This document shows, one piece after another, positions 44,180 through 52,480 of a DNA stretch of 53,782 nt (its first letter is position 1; the number at the start of each line of letters is the position of its first letter). The notes beneath the pieces were generated by a model, which saw only the letters and a list, made by a program, of their open reading frames with translations, was not told where the DNA came from and ran no database searches. A program made the translations under genes and the position numbers. Origin of the DNA: a virus (taxonomy: Duplodnaviria > Caudoviricetes); the IMG/VR virus record IMGVR_UViG_3300020470_000010, positions 1 through 53,782 of that record; one strand, written 5' to 3'.

Positions 44180-44937
44180 TAGTCAGTTACTGTAATGGTA
44201 TTTTTCATGCTTGAATGAAATTCGCAGATGTAATGGTATGTACCTGCTTTATTAAATGATACAGCTAATAAATTTGTGTCACTAGTTGAACCTTGTGCTC
44301 CGTTATTTTTAATTCTTGCCCATCCGGGAGCTTCATTTCCTGCACCAGTAGTAGCAGAAGTCTTAATCCATAGAGGATGTGCAGTTCCCGTGTTGTTTGT
44401 TATGTAGAGTAATTGATTTGTTTTTAAAGTTAAGGCTGGATTTTGAGCATCTGTTAAAGATTCACCTGTAAAAAGATATTTACCGCTGTCAGCAGTAACG
44501 GTATACACTTTTTCGGGGAATGAAGAGACATCTCCTTCTAAAAGCCAGTTATCTGCTCCTAAGTAAGTGAGTTTAAACGAAGCATACGGGAATTTTGTAT
44601 ACCAAATAAGAGATGAATTACTAGCTGGATTTACGTGAGCACAGTGGATTTTTACATTCCCTGTTCCTACAACATTTAATTGATTGCTTTCGCCTGCGAT
44701 GAAAACGACTTGAGCACCTTCGTAGAATCCTGTGTTTTCTAGCGTCACGACAGTATCAGTGTCGTTGATTTTTATGTAATCACCTTGGTCATCGATAGAT
44801 ACTGCATGAACCGTTTCCCCCACTTCTGACCTAAGGGTTGGAATGTCCGTTATTTCGCTGAAGCCAGAGATCTCTCTAGGTGCGTAAAGTTTAAAATTTT
44901 GAGGATCGTATGTAACTGGTAAACGACGAGTGCTCAT
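44179..44937 (-). CDS. Fibre-like domain fused to a cupredoxin-like domain
   Basis: LTYLGADNWLLEGD followed by HPLWI...GTYHYICEFHSSM. Confidence 0.6.
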   Translation of the reverse strand: MSTRRLPVTYDPQNFKLYAPREISGFSEITDIPTLRSEVGETVHAVSIDDQGDYIKINDTDTVVTLENTGFYEGAQVVFIAGESNQLNVVGTGNVKIHCAHVNPASNSSLIWYTKFPYASFKLTYLGADNWLLEGDVSSFPEKVYTVTADSGKYLFTGESLTDAQNPALTLKTNQLLYITNNTGTAHPLWIKTSATTGAGNEAPGWARIKNNGAQGSTSDTNLLAVSFNKAGTYHYICEFHSSMKNTITVTD

Positions 44938-45027
44938 CCTGAACGATGCCTAAGTGTTTACTTATTCTAAAATCGATTTAAAGTGGTGGTTACTGTGGTG
45001 GAATCTGTCAAATTGACTAACTCTTCA

Positions 45028-45600
45028 ATGGGTAAATATATAGGGATTGGATTGGGAGGAGTTCTTGGTCTATCTCATTTTTGGATGATCGGTCTTCTTG
45101 CTAATAAGGAAGCAGGTCTGCCGAAGTTTAATCTACCGACCAGTCCATACAGTCAGTACACGATTAATGCCAGCAAGGATGGATACAGTATTACCCATCG
45201 AATGAATGACCCGAAGGTGATGGAGATGAGAAAGGAATTAGTTATACCAGGGAAGAAGGGAATATTTGGCAGCACCGCAGATAAAACGGTCGTTGAATAC
45301 GAGCAGTACACAATGGAGGGCAAGCAGCATCTTGTAGGACCGGGAATCTTTCAAGACAAAAGCAAACTTCCTTCAGATGGAAAACTTACTGAAGAGCAGA
45401 TCGCTTGCCTTAAGAAAGCTGGGGCAGGTCAAGGAACAGGAGCAGCCATTGGAGCTGCAGCCGCATCTACTTACGTGGCTCCTTCTGTCTCTACCATTCC
45501 TATCATTGGGTGGGTTGCCTCTGCTTGGAGTACTACTTTCGGTGCGAAGAAAGGTGGAGAGATAGGGGAGTCAATGGCTGAATGGTATCACGATTGTTAG
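45028..45600 (+). CDS. Cyanophage-type membrane protein with glycine zipper
   Basis: N-terminal TM; ACLKKAGAG..TGAAIGA...IPIIGWVA...GGEIG. Confidence 0.6.
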   Translation: MGKYIGIGLGGVLGLSHFWMIGLLANKEAGLPKFNLPTSPYSQYTINASKDGYSITHRMNDPKVMEMRKELVIPGKKGIFGSTADKTVVEYEQYTMEGKQHLVGPGIFQDKSKLPSDGKLTEEQIACLKKAGAGQGTGAAIGAAAASTYVAPSVSTIPIIGWVASAWSTTFGAKKGGEIGESMAEWYHDC

Positions 45601-45693
45601 GTATAAGTATTTCTTACTAGTGGCATAAGGAATACTGTGTCAGGAATGGGTGTTTCTACTACCTGAATAGAGAAAAAGCATCAAAACGGAATA

Positions 45694-45724
45694 TATAATT
45701 AAGAAGTTAATAATTCTTTACAAA
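45694..45724 (+). promoter_or_regulatory. Candidate hli promoter: TATAAT -10 followed by HLR1-like half sites
   Basis: TATAAT 45694-45699, then gttaataa and tttacaaa. Confidence 0.45.
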
Positions 45725-45726
45725 GT

Positions 45727-45834
45727 ATGACACCTGAAGCAGAGAAGTTCAATGGCTGGATGGCGATGCTTGGTATCGTTGCAGCTTTCGGAGCTTATAG
45801 CGTAACTGGTCAAATCATTCCTGGAGTTTTTTAA
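45727..45834 (+). CDS. hli: High-light inducible protein (35 aa, not in ORF track)
   Basis: MTPEAEKFNGWMAMLGIVAAFGAYSVTGQIIPGVF. Confidence 0.95.
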   Translation: MTPEAEKFNGWMAMLGIVAAFGAYSVTGQIIPGVF

Positions 45835-45953
45835 TGAAGAAAACTAATATTGATATCTGGTTACGTTCTAATGGACGTGCAGCCATGATGTTCTTTTGGA
45901 TCGTATCTGGTTCATACGTATTAACTGGACAACTTGTTCCTGGAGTGTATTGA
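45834..45953 (+). CDS. hli: Divergent high-light inducible protein (39 aa, not in ORF track)
   Basis: MKKTNIDIWLRSNGRAAMMFFWIVSGSYVLTGQLVPGVY. Confidence 0.8.
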   Translation: MKKTNIDIWLRSNGRAAMMFFWIVSGSYVLTGQLVPGVY

Positions 45954-46150
45954 TGACTTCTTCTACTGTTACTACCGAATACGGTAAGCAGAATATTTTC
46001 GGCAAAGAAACTCAACCTCAAGTTATGGAAGACTACAAAGGTTACATCGAAGAAGCTGAATTAGCTAATGGCCGCTGGGCAATGATCGGGTTTGTTGCTC
46101 TTATCGGAGCTTACTTGACTACTGGCCAAATCCTTCCGGGCATCTTCTAG
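45953..46150 (+). CDS. hli: High-light inducible protein (65 aa)
   Basis: VTTEYGKQNIFGKE...AELANGRWAMIG...TGQILPGIF; TGATG coupling sets the start at 45953. Confidence 0.95.
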   Translation: MTSSTVTTEYGKQNIFGKETQPQVMEDYKGYIEEAELANGRWAMIGFVALIGAYLTTGQILPGIF

Positions 46151-46897
46151 GATCTTCTTAGCTAGTCGTTCTTCTTCCTTGATCTCCCAGTATCTACGTA
46201 CTTTTTGTAGCCACTTCTGCTGAAATCTTTGAAGTTCGTCTCCTCGCAAGAGGAAGCTTTGGTTGGTCTGAGGAGTTGAAACGACTATTTGAGCTGCATC
46301 AATGTCGAGATCTAAGGTCTCCTTGATAGCTAATGAGTAGGCTCCTAATTGCATTGAGCATTTAGTGAATTTACTCCAACCTGTAAAGTTTTGTCGGTTA
46401 TCTTTATCAGGAAAATATCGACAGTAAGGTTGATTGGAAGTTTTGAAGTCTCCTAGGATCATGACTCCGTTCCTTACGCCTATAAAGTCTGGGCAGCCAC
46501 AGAATTGATACTTGTGACTCCAGACTCGAGAGATGCCATCACTGCCGGTTGTGAATTTCCATTTCGGATCTAATGGTTTCTCTGACCAAATGAAGTGATC
46601 ATAACGATCTAAATGTTGAGACAATCCCTCCCAAAATGGTAAATATTGCTCGTCAATCTCTACAGGTATGCCTCGGATGTAGTCTTCACACGCTTTATGT
46701 ACTGCACTACCTCGTGCAGCTGCAGCTTCCAGTCCCCCTGGATTTTTTACATTCCAATTTCGTAGCATATTCTTTGATTTCTCGGAGGCTGTCTTACCGA
46801 GAATGGTGGTCACAGATGGGTATGCTTTTCCTTCGACGTCCGTTGCATAATGTCTCTCCCCGTCAATCTCATATCGGGTCGGTCCGCTCATAGACAA
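46061..46897 (-). CDS. PD-(D/E)XK exonuclease (Cas4/MGME1-like)
   Basis: YPSVTTIL, RGSAVH, SEKPL, GCPD, DFKTS, QLGAY. Confidence 0.85.
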   Translation of the reverse strand: MSMSGPTRYEIDGERHYATDVEGKAYPSVTTILGKTASEKSKNMLRNWNVKNPGGLEAAAARGSAVHKACEDYIRGIPVEIDEQYLPFWEGLSQHLDRYDHFIWSEKPLDPKWKFTTGSDGISRVWSHKYQFCGCPDFIGVRNGVMILGDFKTSNQPYCRYFPDKDNRQNFTGWSKFTKCSMQLGAYSLAIKETLDLDIDAAQIVVSTPQTNQSFLLRGDELQRFQQKWLQKVRRYWEIKEEERLAKKILEDARKDLASSQVSSDKSNKPDHCPAAIS

Positions 46898-46948
46898 GTA
46901 GCTGTTAATTTAATTTAACTAATTTTAAGAATTTAACAGAAATTAATA

Positions 46949-47200
46949 TTACTTATTAGCAGTAAATATATCTTGAGCGAAGTTTCTTTCGGGTGGTTTT
47001 TCTGCCCATTCGGGATGTTCACGAGCGACGTTACTAGCTGCTCTAGATACAACTTCTACAAGTTTGGGATCAGAAGCCTCGACTGAAGGATCGACAGGTT
47101 GCTGTTGTTGTTCTTTTTGAGCTTTATCTCGAGCTGCTTTTTGCAACTGTAAAACATAATCTCTTGCGTTTTGCTCTATTTGATTGATGTCGGTAGTCAT
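46949..47200 (-). CDS. Hypothetical protein
   Basis: 83-aa ORF. Confidence 0.5.
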   Translation of the reverse strand: MTTDINQIEQNARDYVLQLQKAARDKAQKEQQQQPVDPSVEASDPKLVEVVSRAASNVAREHPEWAEKPPERNFAQDIFTANK

Positions 47201-47233
47201 GCTTTTATTTTGTATAGCTTGATTGTAGTAGGG

Positions 47234-47279
47234 AAAAAGAAATCCGACCTCTTGCCAGTCCTATACAAGAGATCGGATT
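47234..47279 (-). terminator. Intrinsic terminator
   Basis: Minus strand aatccgatctcttg-11nt-caagaggtcggatt followed by tcttttt. Confidence 0.7.
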
Positions 47280-47499
47280 ACTTCTGGGAATTCAACAATT
47301 GCACTTGTTTGAATCGACTTATGCCTTGTTCTTACTTGTAGCCTTCTAGGGGAACTTGCCTCGGATCACTACAAGTCTGCGATGAGACCCTTTGAGTAAT
47401 TAACCATACAGGACAGAGAAATGACTATTGCAGTAGTCAAGGTGATGTCTTCGATCCGAAAGGCATCTTCTCTGCAACTCGGGAGAACGTTTAATGAGG

Positions 47500-47904
47500 T
47501 CATGCTTCCTCTGGCTGCCCAGAATTTTTATCTTTATCGTCGGTCATCCATTCCATAAATTCCAAACTCTTTTTAACGAGGTCTTTGCCTCCTTGTTCGC
47601 TGCGATAAGCATTTAATTCTTCTAATACTTGGTTCGATAGCATGATTGAACCTTTCATTAACTCAGTCAAGTCGATATCTTGATTATTAAGTCGTACTGC
47701 TAATACTGGTCCTAAGACACTGAGATAAGCAGTAGTCATGGGATCTGTTACATATCCATTAAAAGATGAGCCACCAGAAGTGAAGCCGTTAAGAACATAG
47801 AGTTGTTCGGTTTGAAGCTTGAGTAGTTTATCAATCTTCGTGTTCAGAGCTTTAAGCTCTTCCACTACAGCTTCAGGTCTAGATGGTGAGGTCATCAAAA
47901 TCAC
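47500..47904 (-). CDS. Hypothetical protein
   Basis: 134-aa ORF. Confidence 0.55.
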   Translation of the reverse strand: MILMTSPSRPEAVVEELKALNTKIDKLLKLQTEQLYVLNGFTSGGSSFNGYVTDPMTTAYLSVLGPVLAVRLNNQDIDLTELMKGSIMLSNQVLEELNAYRSEQGGKDLVKKSLEFMEWMTDDKDKNSGQPEEA

Positions 47905-48079
47905 GGATAATGGTAGATCCTTCGAAAGATCTCAGCAAAGACAGAGCTCCCCTGTCAACAGGAGAAAGATCCTTCCATGCGTCATTAACAGCAGGGTAGC
48001 CGTAGGAGTGAATCAATTCCTTGACGTCGTCTTTTGTGGAGGCTCGTTTTAGTCCTTCTGTGACAGGAGAGTATGACAT
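47879..48079 (-). CDS. Hypothetical protein
   Basis: 66-aa ORF. Confidence 0.5.
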   Translation of the reverse strand: MSYSPVTEGLKRASTKDDVKELIHSYGYPAVNDAWKDLSPVDRGALSLLRSFEGSTIIRDFDDLTI

Positions 48080-48177
48080 TTAGTGAGGATGGTTAGGATG
48101 GGAATGGTCGGAGATTAGCTTCCAGCAATAGTAAGCAAGCATTAGACAGAGAACTATCCCGACCACATTTATAAGAA

Positions 48178-48933
48178 TTACCATCCGTCCGAAGGCATAG
48201 AAGTCGTTTCGTGATCTTGACCTAGCTCATCCCTGCTCGTTGGAGGTAACCCTTCAGGCTTGGCATCAGCGGGACGACCATCAAAAGGATCTGCACCGTG
48301 GTAGATCGAATGTAGCCATATAGAGTCTTTAACTTCCGCCCATCCTTTCTCTTCAGTAGCGGTAGGTTTTTTGAAGGCAATTGCAGCTGCGTACCTAGTA
48401 TTTAAACCTTCTCCTGTCTTGGTGATTTTCAGCTGCCAGTTATGCAGCCCACTGTCCAATACCTGAGAGTCCTCATCCAATAATGCAGCTTCCCAAGCAT
48501 CACGTACTGACTTCTTATCAAGAGTGGCAACAACAATACCTTTACGCTCCTTGCAGCAGGCAACCATCGCCACAAAATCTTTCGGAGTGTCCTTGTCTTC
48601 CGCTATCTCCATCTCACCAGTTTTCTCGTTTTTGAGCTTCTTGCCTTTGCCGTGACCCCATTTATAGCAAATATCTTCCTTATATCCTGCTGGAAAAGTA
48701 GGGAAGTGTTTGACTATTTTCTTAGAGCTTTCATCTCCTGGGATCTCATGGGCAAAATATTTAAAGCCATGAATCATGTGACCTGTATTAAAGTCACCGC
48801 AAGGACGTAATGTAACTGATTCTTTATCAGCTAATTGCCCTGGGTAGAAGAATCTAGGATCATCTTCTTTCTTTTGTTTCGGAGAATCATCCGAAGAGAA
48901 CTTGTAGTTCTTTGGAAATTCAAATTTAGCCAT
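48178..48933 (-). CDS. Putative phage ssDNA-binding protein (gp32-like)
   Basis: LKITKTGEGLNTRY motif, GADPF, acidic tail. Confidence 0.55.
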   Translation of the reverse strand: MAKFEFPKNYKFSSDDSPKQKKEDDPRFFYPGQLADKESVTLRPCGDFNTGHMIHGFKYFAHEIPGDESSKKIVKHFPTFPAGYKEDICYKWGHGKGKKLKNEKTGEMEIAEDKDTPKDFVAMVACCKERKGIVVATLDKKSVRDAWEAALLDEDSQVLDSGLHNWQLKITKTGEGLNTRYAAAIAFKKPTATEEKGWAEVKDSIWLHSIYHGADPFDGRPADAKPEGLPPTSRDELGQDHETTSMPSDGW

Positions 48934-48935
48934 AA

Positions 48936-49625
48936 TTAATTCCAGTTAGAAGGTAGGTCGTCAACATTATCATCAGAGTCTCCTTCGAAAGCTGAAGGAT
49001 CATAGCCGACTGCTGTGGTATTCGCGGCAGGATCTGGAGCAGCTCCTCCTTTGCCTCTCTTATGGGAAGTCATCTTTCTCATTGTGACTTCTATGTAAGG
49101 TTGGTTGTCTTTGTTTTTACGGGTAACAACAGTTCCTGAGACAGAGACTAAAGAACCTTTAGGTGCTTTTTCGAGCTTGGTTCTGTTGAACTTGTAGCCT
49201 CGTATTAGCCACCAATCGGTACTCTCTTTGGGTTTACCTGTGGAAGGGTCTTTCCCTCCGTATCTGTTTTCAGCGAGAGATCTCCTGCAGGATTTTTCCG
49301 CTTGCTTGGGTTCTCCTCCAAGTCTTCCGACAATGTTGATCTCATTTAGGAATTGATCTGGATGAGCGTCGCAAAGGACATGAGGGTTGATAATTAGGTT
49401 CTTGCCACTGTCATCGAGGTTGATAGAACCAGAAATGATAACAAGATCTCCTTGTTTCTTAGAATTCAGGCGATCAGCAATACTTGTTCCTGTGTTAGCC
49501 GTGATTTGAATTGTGACTGGTTCAGGAGTGGGAGTTTCAGCGAAAGCTTGTAAAACTTCTTTCTGGTTTACAACTTCTTGAACAGGGGCAGACGCTAGTT
49601 TAACTATGAAAGTAGCAGTGCTCAC
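48936..49625 (-). CDS. ssb: Single-stranded DNA-binding protein with two tandem OB folds
   Basis: KQGDLVIISGSI (OB1); INIVGRLGGEP...TDWW...KGSLVSVSG (OB2); acidic DDLP tail. Confidence 0.7.
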   Translation of the reverse strand: MSTATFIVKLASAPVQEVVNQKEVLQAFAETPTPEPVTIQITANTGTSIADRLNSKKQGDLVIISGSINLDDSGKNLIINPHVLCDAHPDQFLNEINIVGRLGGEPKQAEKSCRRSLAENRYGGKDPSTGKPKESTDWWLIRGYKFNRTKLEKAPKGSLVSVSGTVVTRKNKDNQPYIEVTMRKMTSHKRGKGGAAPDPAANTTAVGYDPSAFEGDSDDNVDDLPSNWN

Positions 49626-49662
49626 ACTATTTATAGAAGGTTGCAGCTCAACCTAACGCCAT

Positions 49663-49977
49663 CTATAGCGTGGTGCAACTATTTTTTCTCTTAATTTCTC
49701 GAATCGTGCTGACGTGAACGCAGAATAAATCGGCAAGTTCTTGATTGGTATACCAATCCCCGGAATCAGCAATGCTTTTCTTTTGAGCATTTGTAATTTT
49801 ATGAGCTCCTCCACTCTTGTGATCGTGTTCTGTTGCGAGCTGTTCATAGGTTGTAAATTTATAACCACAGGAGCAAAGTCTTGTTCTTCTGGTGATTGTT
49901 CCTTTCTGTTTCGTTCTAACTTCTGTAATAAATGTTTGGCCTGATTTTTGGAGGGTATGGCATTGAGGGCATCTCAT
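49663..49977 (-). CDS. NrdR-like zinc ribbon fused to an HTH
   Basis: MRCPQC...RRTRLCSCGYKFTTYE plus NQELADLFCVHVSTIREIK. Confidence 0.7.
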   Translation of the reverse strand: MRCPQCHTLQKSGQTFITEVRTKQKGTITRRTRLCSCGYKFTTYEQLATEHDHKSGGAHKITNAQKKSIADSGDWYTNQELADLFCVHVSTIREIKRKNSCTTL

Positions 49978-50591
49978 TCTCTTTGAGCGTATTTACAGAT
50001 CCAATCAGGAAGGCTAGGAATAGGTCTAGCTTCTTGTGGCATCACTAAGATAATGACATTATTATCATCGGTTTCAAGTCTTAAGGGTCCGCCATCAAAT
50101 GCAGACATAACAATAGAAGAATCAAAAGCAGATAATCCTTTGATTGCTTTTTGCAAGTAGAGTTGATCGTACCTGCCAGCAGTTTTAGATGTCTCAGGTA
50201 AGGCCGTCCATCTATTAATACAATCTCGAATTGCCTTGGCTAGATCAGGAAACTCAACTTGGCTTCTCTGAATAGATAATTCTTTAGCTTCGCTAGTAGT
50301 CTTTCTATAGGTCGTCACCAAGCCTGAATTATCTGTAATACGTAATTCCCTCTCAGCCGTTTTAATTGGCTTACAGGCTGCTATGAGCTCTTTAGAAGGA
50401 ATAATTTGAATAGACTCGTCTGCTTTACCAGCAGGGTCATAAGCAAGGCAAGCAATATTACCTTTGTCTGTAGAAGCAACGAAGACACCATTATCCACTC
50501 CAGCTGGCGAGATCTGGACAGATTGGAATGGAGAATATTTTCCAGTGAATTCTGCTGCAATAGAAACGAGAGCAGCTTTAAGCTGTAGCAT
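49974..50591 (-). CDS. DNA sliding clamp (beta-like) homologue, short form
   Basis: VASTD, EFPD, YDQLYL, GPLRL...LVMP; ~205 aa. Confidence 0.55.
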   Translation of the reverse strand: MLQLKAALVSIAAEFTGKYSPFQSVQISPAGVDNGVFVASTDKGNIACLAYDPAGKADESIQIIPSKELIAACKPIKTAERELRITDNSGLVTTYRKTTSEAKELSIQRSQVEFPDLAKAIRDCINRWTALPETSKTAGRYDQLYLQKAIKGLSAFDSSIVMSAFDGGPLRLETDDNNVIILVMPQEARPIPSLPDWICKYAQRE

Positions 50592-50793
50592 TTTGCAGAG
50601 TGATTGACCCTGCAAGGTTACTAGTTTTTGTATGCCAACGCCAGCGCCAAGGAATATGTTGTTCAGCTAAACGAGTATTTGCCAGCTCTAATTCTTTAGC
50701 ACCAATAGTTGGAGTCCACTTTTCATCTAGGACTTCGGCTGTAAATGAATGAACCATGATGGCTCTTTTTTGGATTGCTTCTCGTTCTTCCAT
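50578..50793 (-). CDS. Hypothetical protein
   Basis: 71-aa ORF. Confidence 0.45.
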   Translation of the reverse strand: MEEREAIQKRAIMVHSFTAEVLDEKWTPTIGAKELELANTRLAEQHIPWRWRWHTKTSNLAGSITLQNATA

Positions 50794-50909
50794 TTTCTTT
50801 CCACCAGTTGATCGGATGCCTAACCTTATTAGACGGAATCACAGCTTAACTGGTTTAGAAGAGGTTGTCATTTTTTCCCTAAAAGGAAATTCATATAATG
50901 TTTTATCTT

Positions 50910-51044
50910 TCATCCTTTTGGTAATTGACGATTGAAATTCCAATAATCAAATCGTTGCCATAACAAATAAATTCCAATCAGACTTCGTTTCACAAATTCC
51001 TCTAGGAATATTAGTGGTATAACAATAATTTCAAACACACTCAA
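50910..51044 (-). CDS. Small hypothetical membrane peptide (44 aa, not in ORF track)
   Basis: MSVFEIIVIPLIFLEEFVKRSLIGIYLLWQRFDYWNFNRQLPKG; TTG overlaps the upstream stop. Confidence 0.5.
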   Translation of the reverse strand: MSVFEIIVIPLIFLEEFVKRSLIGIYLLWQRFDYWNFNRQLPKG

Positions 51045-51202
51045 TCCGGTTGTAATCTTCTTTTCTTTGATGGTTTTTTGCAAAGTTTTTTACCTTCTTC
51101 GTCTACCAAGCTATAGAGATGCCTACCCCATGCTGATCGTGGGCTTGGAAGAGTGAACCTTTGAGGAGGTGTTTTCCTGTTGCTATTTTTCGGACGAGGC
51201 AT
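51041..51202 (-). CDS. Small basic protein (53 aa, not in ORF track)
   Basis: MPRPKNSNRKTPPQRF...; overlaps both neighbours. Confidence 0.4.
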   Translation of the reverse strand: MPRPKNSNRKTPPQRFTLPSPRSAWGRHLYSLVDEEGKKLCKKPSKKRRLQPD

Positions 51203-51812
51203 TGTGTTTTTGACCGACTACTGTTAGCCGCTGATTGTTTCCATAGGGTAACGTGGGATATGTATTAAAAGCAAGGCTGATCCTTGGTTGATCTGAATCA
51301 TTTGGATAAACAAAATGATTAGTATTGCTAGAAAAAATTAACAATATTCCTGGAGTAGCAGGAAAATTAAAAGATGTAATAACAGAAGGCAGAAATTGTT
51401 GAGGAGAATCTGGTGTTGCTTCTATTGAATAGTTTATTTTAGTGAGGTCGGACATAAAGCCAATAGGTGAACCTGAGGTTATATAAAATACTCCACTCAG
51501 GAAACTATTGGAATGATAATGATTATTGATGTCTACCTTTGAATTACATTTGTTTAGCCATGATTGTTGCAATTCAATAGGATGATTAATTCCTACTACT
51601 TCTTTCGAGTATTGGTGAACAGAGTCTAAACAAAATTGTTTTAAATCTTTTAGCTTTAGCTCATTCAATATATAGGTATTTACGGATTGCAGGTTTGGAG
51701 AACCTCTATATTCTGTTGTGAGAGCAAATTCTTTCAGGTCGTGTAAATTACCATCGTATTCGAAGACACCTAGAGGTGGCATTGAAAACATTGTGATTAA
51801 GTCTTTCATCAT
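51183..51812 (-). CDS. 2OG-Fe(II) oxygenase (TIGR02466-like)
   Basis: SWLN...HYHSNSFLSGVFY...LLIFSS..NH.V...RISLAFN. Confidence 0.85.
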   Translation of the reverse strand: MMKDLITMFSMPPLGVFEYDGNLHDLKEFALTTEYRGSPNLQSVNTYILNELKLKDLKQFCLDSVHQYSKEVVGINHPIELQQSWLNKCNSKVDINNHYHSNSFLSGVFYITSGSPIGFMSDLTKINYSIEATPDSPQQFLPSVITSFNFPATPGILLIFSSNTNHFVYPNDSDQPRISLAFNTYPTLPYGNNQRLTVVGQKHNASSEK

Positions 51813-52480
51813 TTTGTATCTCTTTGTTTGATTTCTTTAAGCATCGTATTGTGATGGATAGAACCATTGAAAGATATGCTAATACGTGATTTATCTTTGT
51901 TTTCACAGGGCATAACTCCATGTTCTAAATAAGAAGGAAAAAGAATAAGTTGACCTTCTTGCGGAGTAACATAAACTCTCTGTAATGGTGCAGTCATAGG
52001 AGACATATAATGTCCCATTACGGGGGTGACAAAGTATAAATGTCCTTCATATTTATTTGTCTCTTCTGCATTTAAAGGAGCTGTTTCAGGAACTTGGTAA
52101 TAATAGACACCTGAAATCTCATCAGGTAAATGGTGGTGTTGATGTGCAAAATCTCCATTGTCAAATTTCGTAGCCCATGAAGAACCTATTTTTAATTGAT
52201 CGATGGTTTGTTTAACTAGTTCAATCGGTTTAATTTCAACTAAAAATTTAGCAATTTGATCTTCAATAAAAGCTTTTAATAAGGGACAATGACCTAATAA
52301 GTTTGCATGATTTATATTGAAAGATTTTTCATGTAGTTTATGAGTTTTACCAAACCAAGGTAAATATTTAGCCTCTTTTGTTTTTAAATATTGTTGGATC
52401 TCTGTTTGAATGTTTACAAAATTATCTAGATTTCTAGCATCACTATTGAAAATATAAGAAGGAAATAAGTTTTTTAACAT
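51809..52480 (-). CDS. 2OG-Fe(II) oxygenase (TIGR02466-like)
   Basis: SWA...HHH...ISGVYY...LILFPSYLEHGV...RISISFN. Confidence 0.88.
   Translation of the reverse strand: MLKNLFPSYIFNSDARNLDNFVNIQTEIQQYLKTKEAKYLPWFGKTHKLHEKSFNINHANLLGHCPLLKAFIEDQIAKFLVEIKPIELVKQTIDQLKIGSSWATKFDNGDFAHQHHHLPDEISGVYYYQVPETAPLNAEETNKYEGHLYFVTPVMGHYMSPMTAPLQRVYVTPQEGQLILFPSYLEHGVMPCENKDKSRISISFNGSIHHNTMLKEIKQRDTK

Noticed and set aside
44179-44937. Plastocyanin (petE)
   Set aside because: No signal peptide, fused to a fibre-like domain, and lacks the plastocyanin HN(V/I)VF motif
28885-47466. Shared 12-mer atccgaaaggca at about 28885 and 47454
   Set aside because: A single 12-mer match is expected by chance in 54 kb and the flanks do not align
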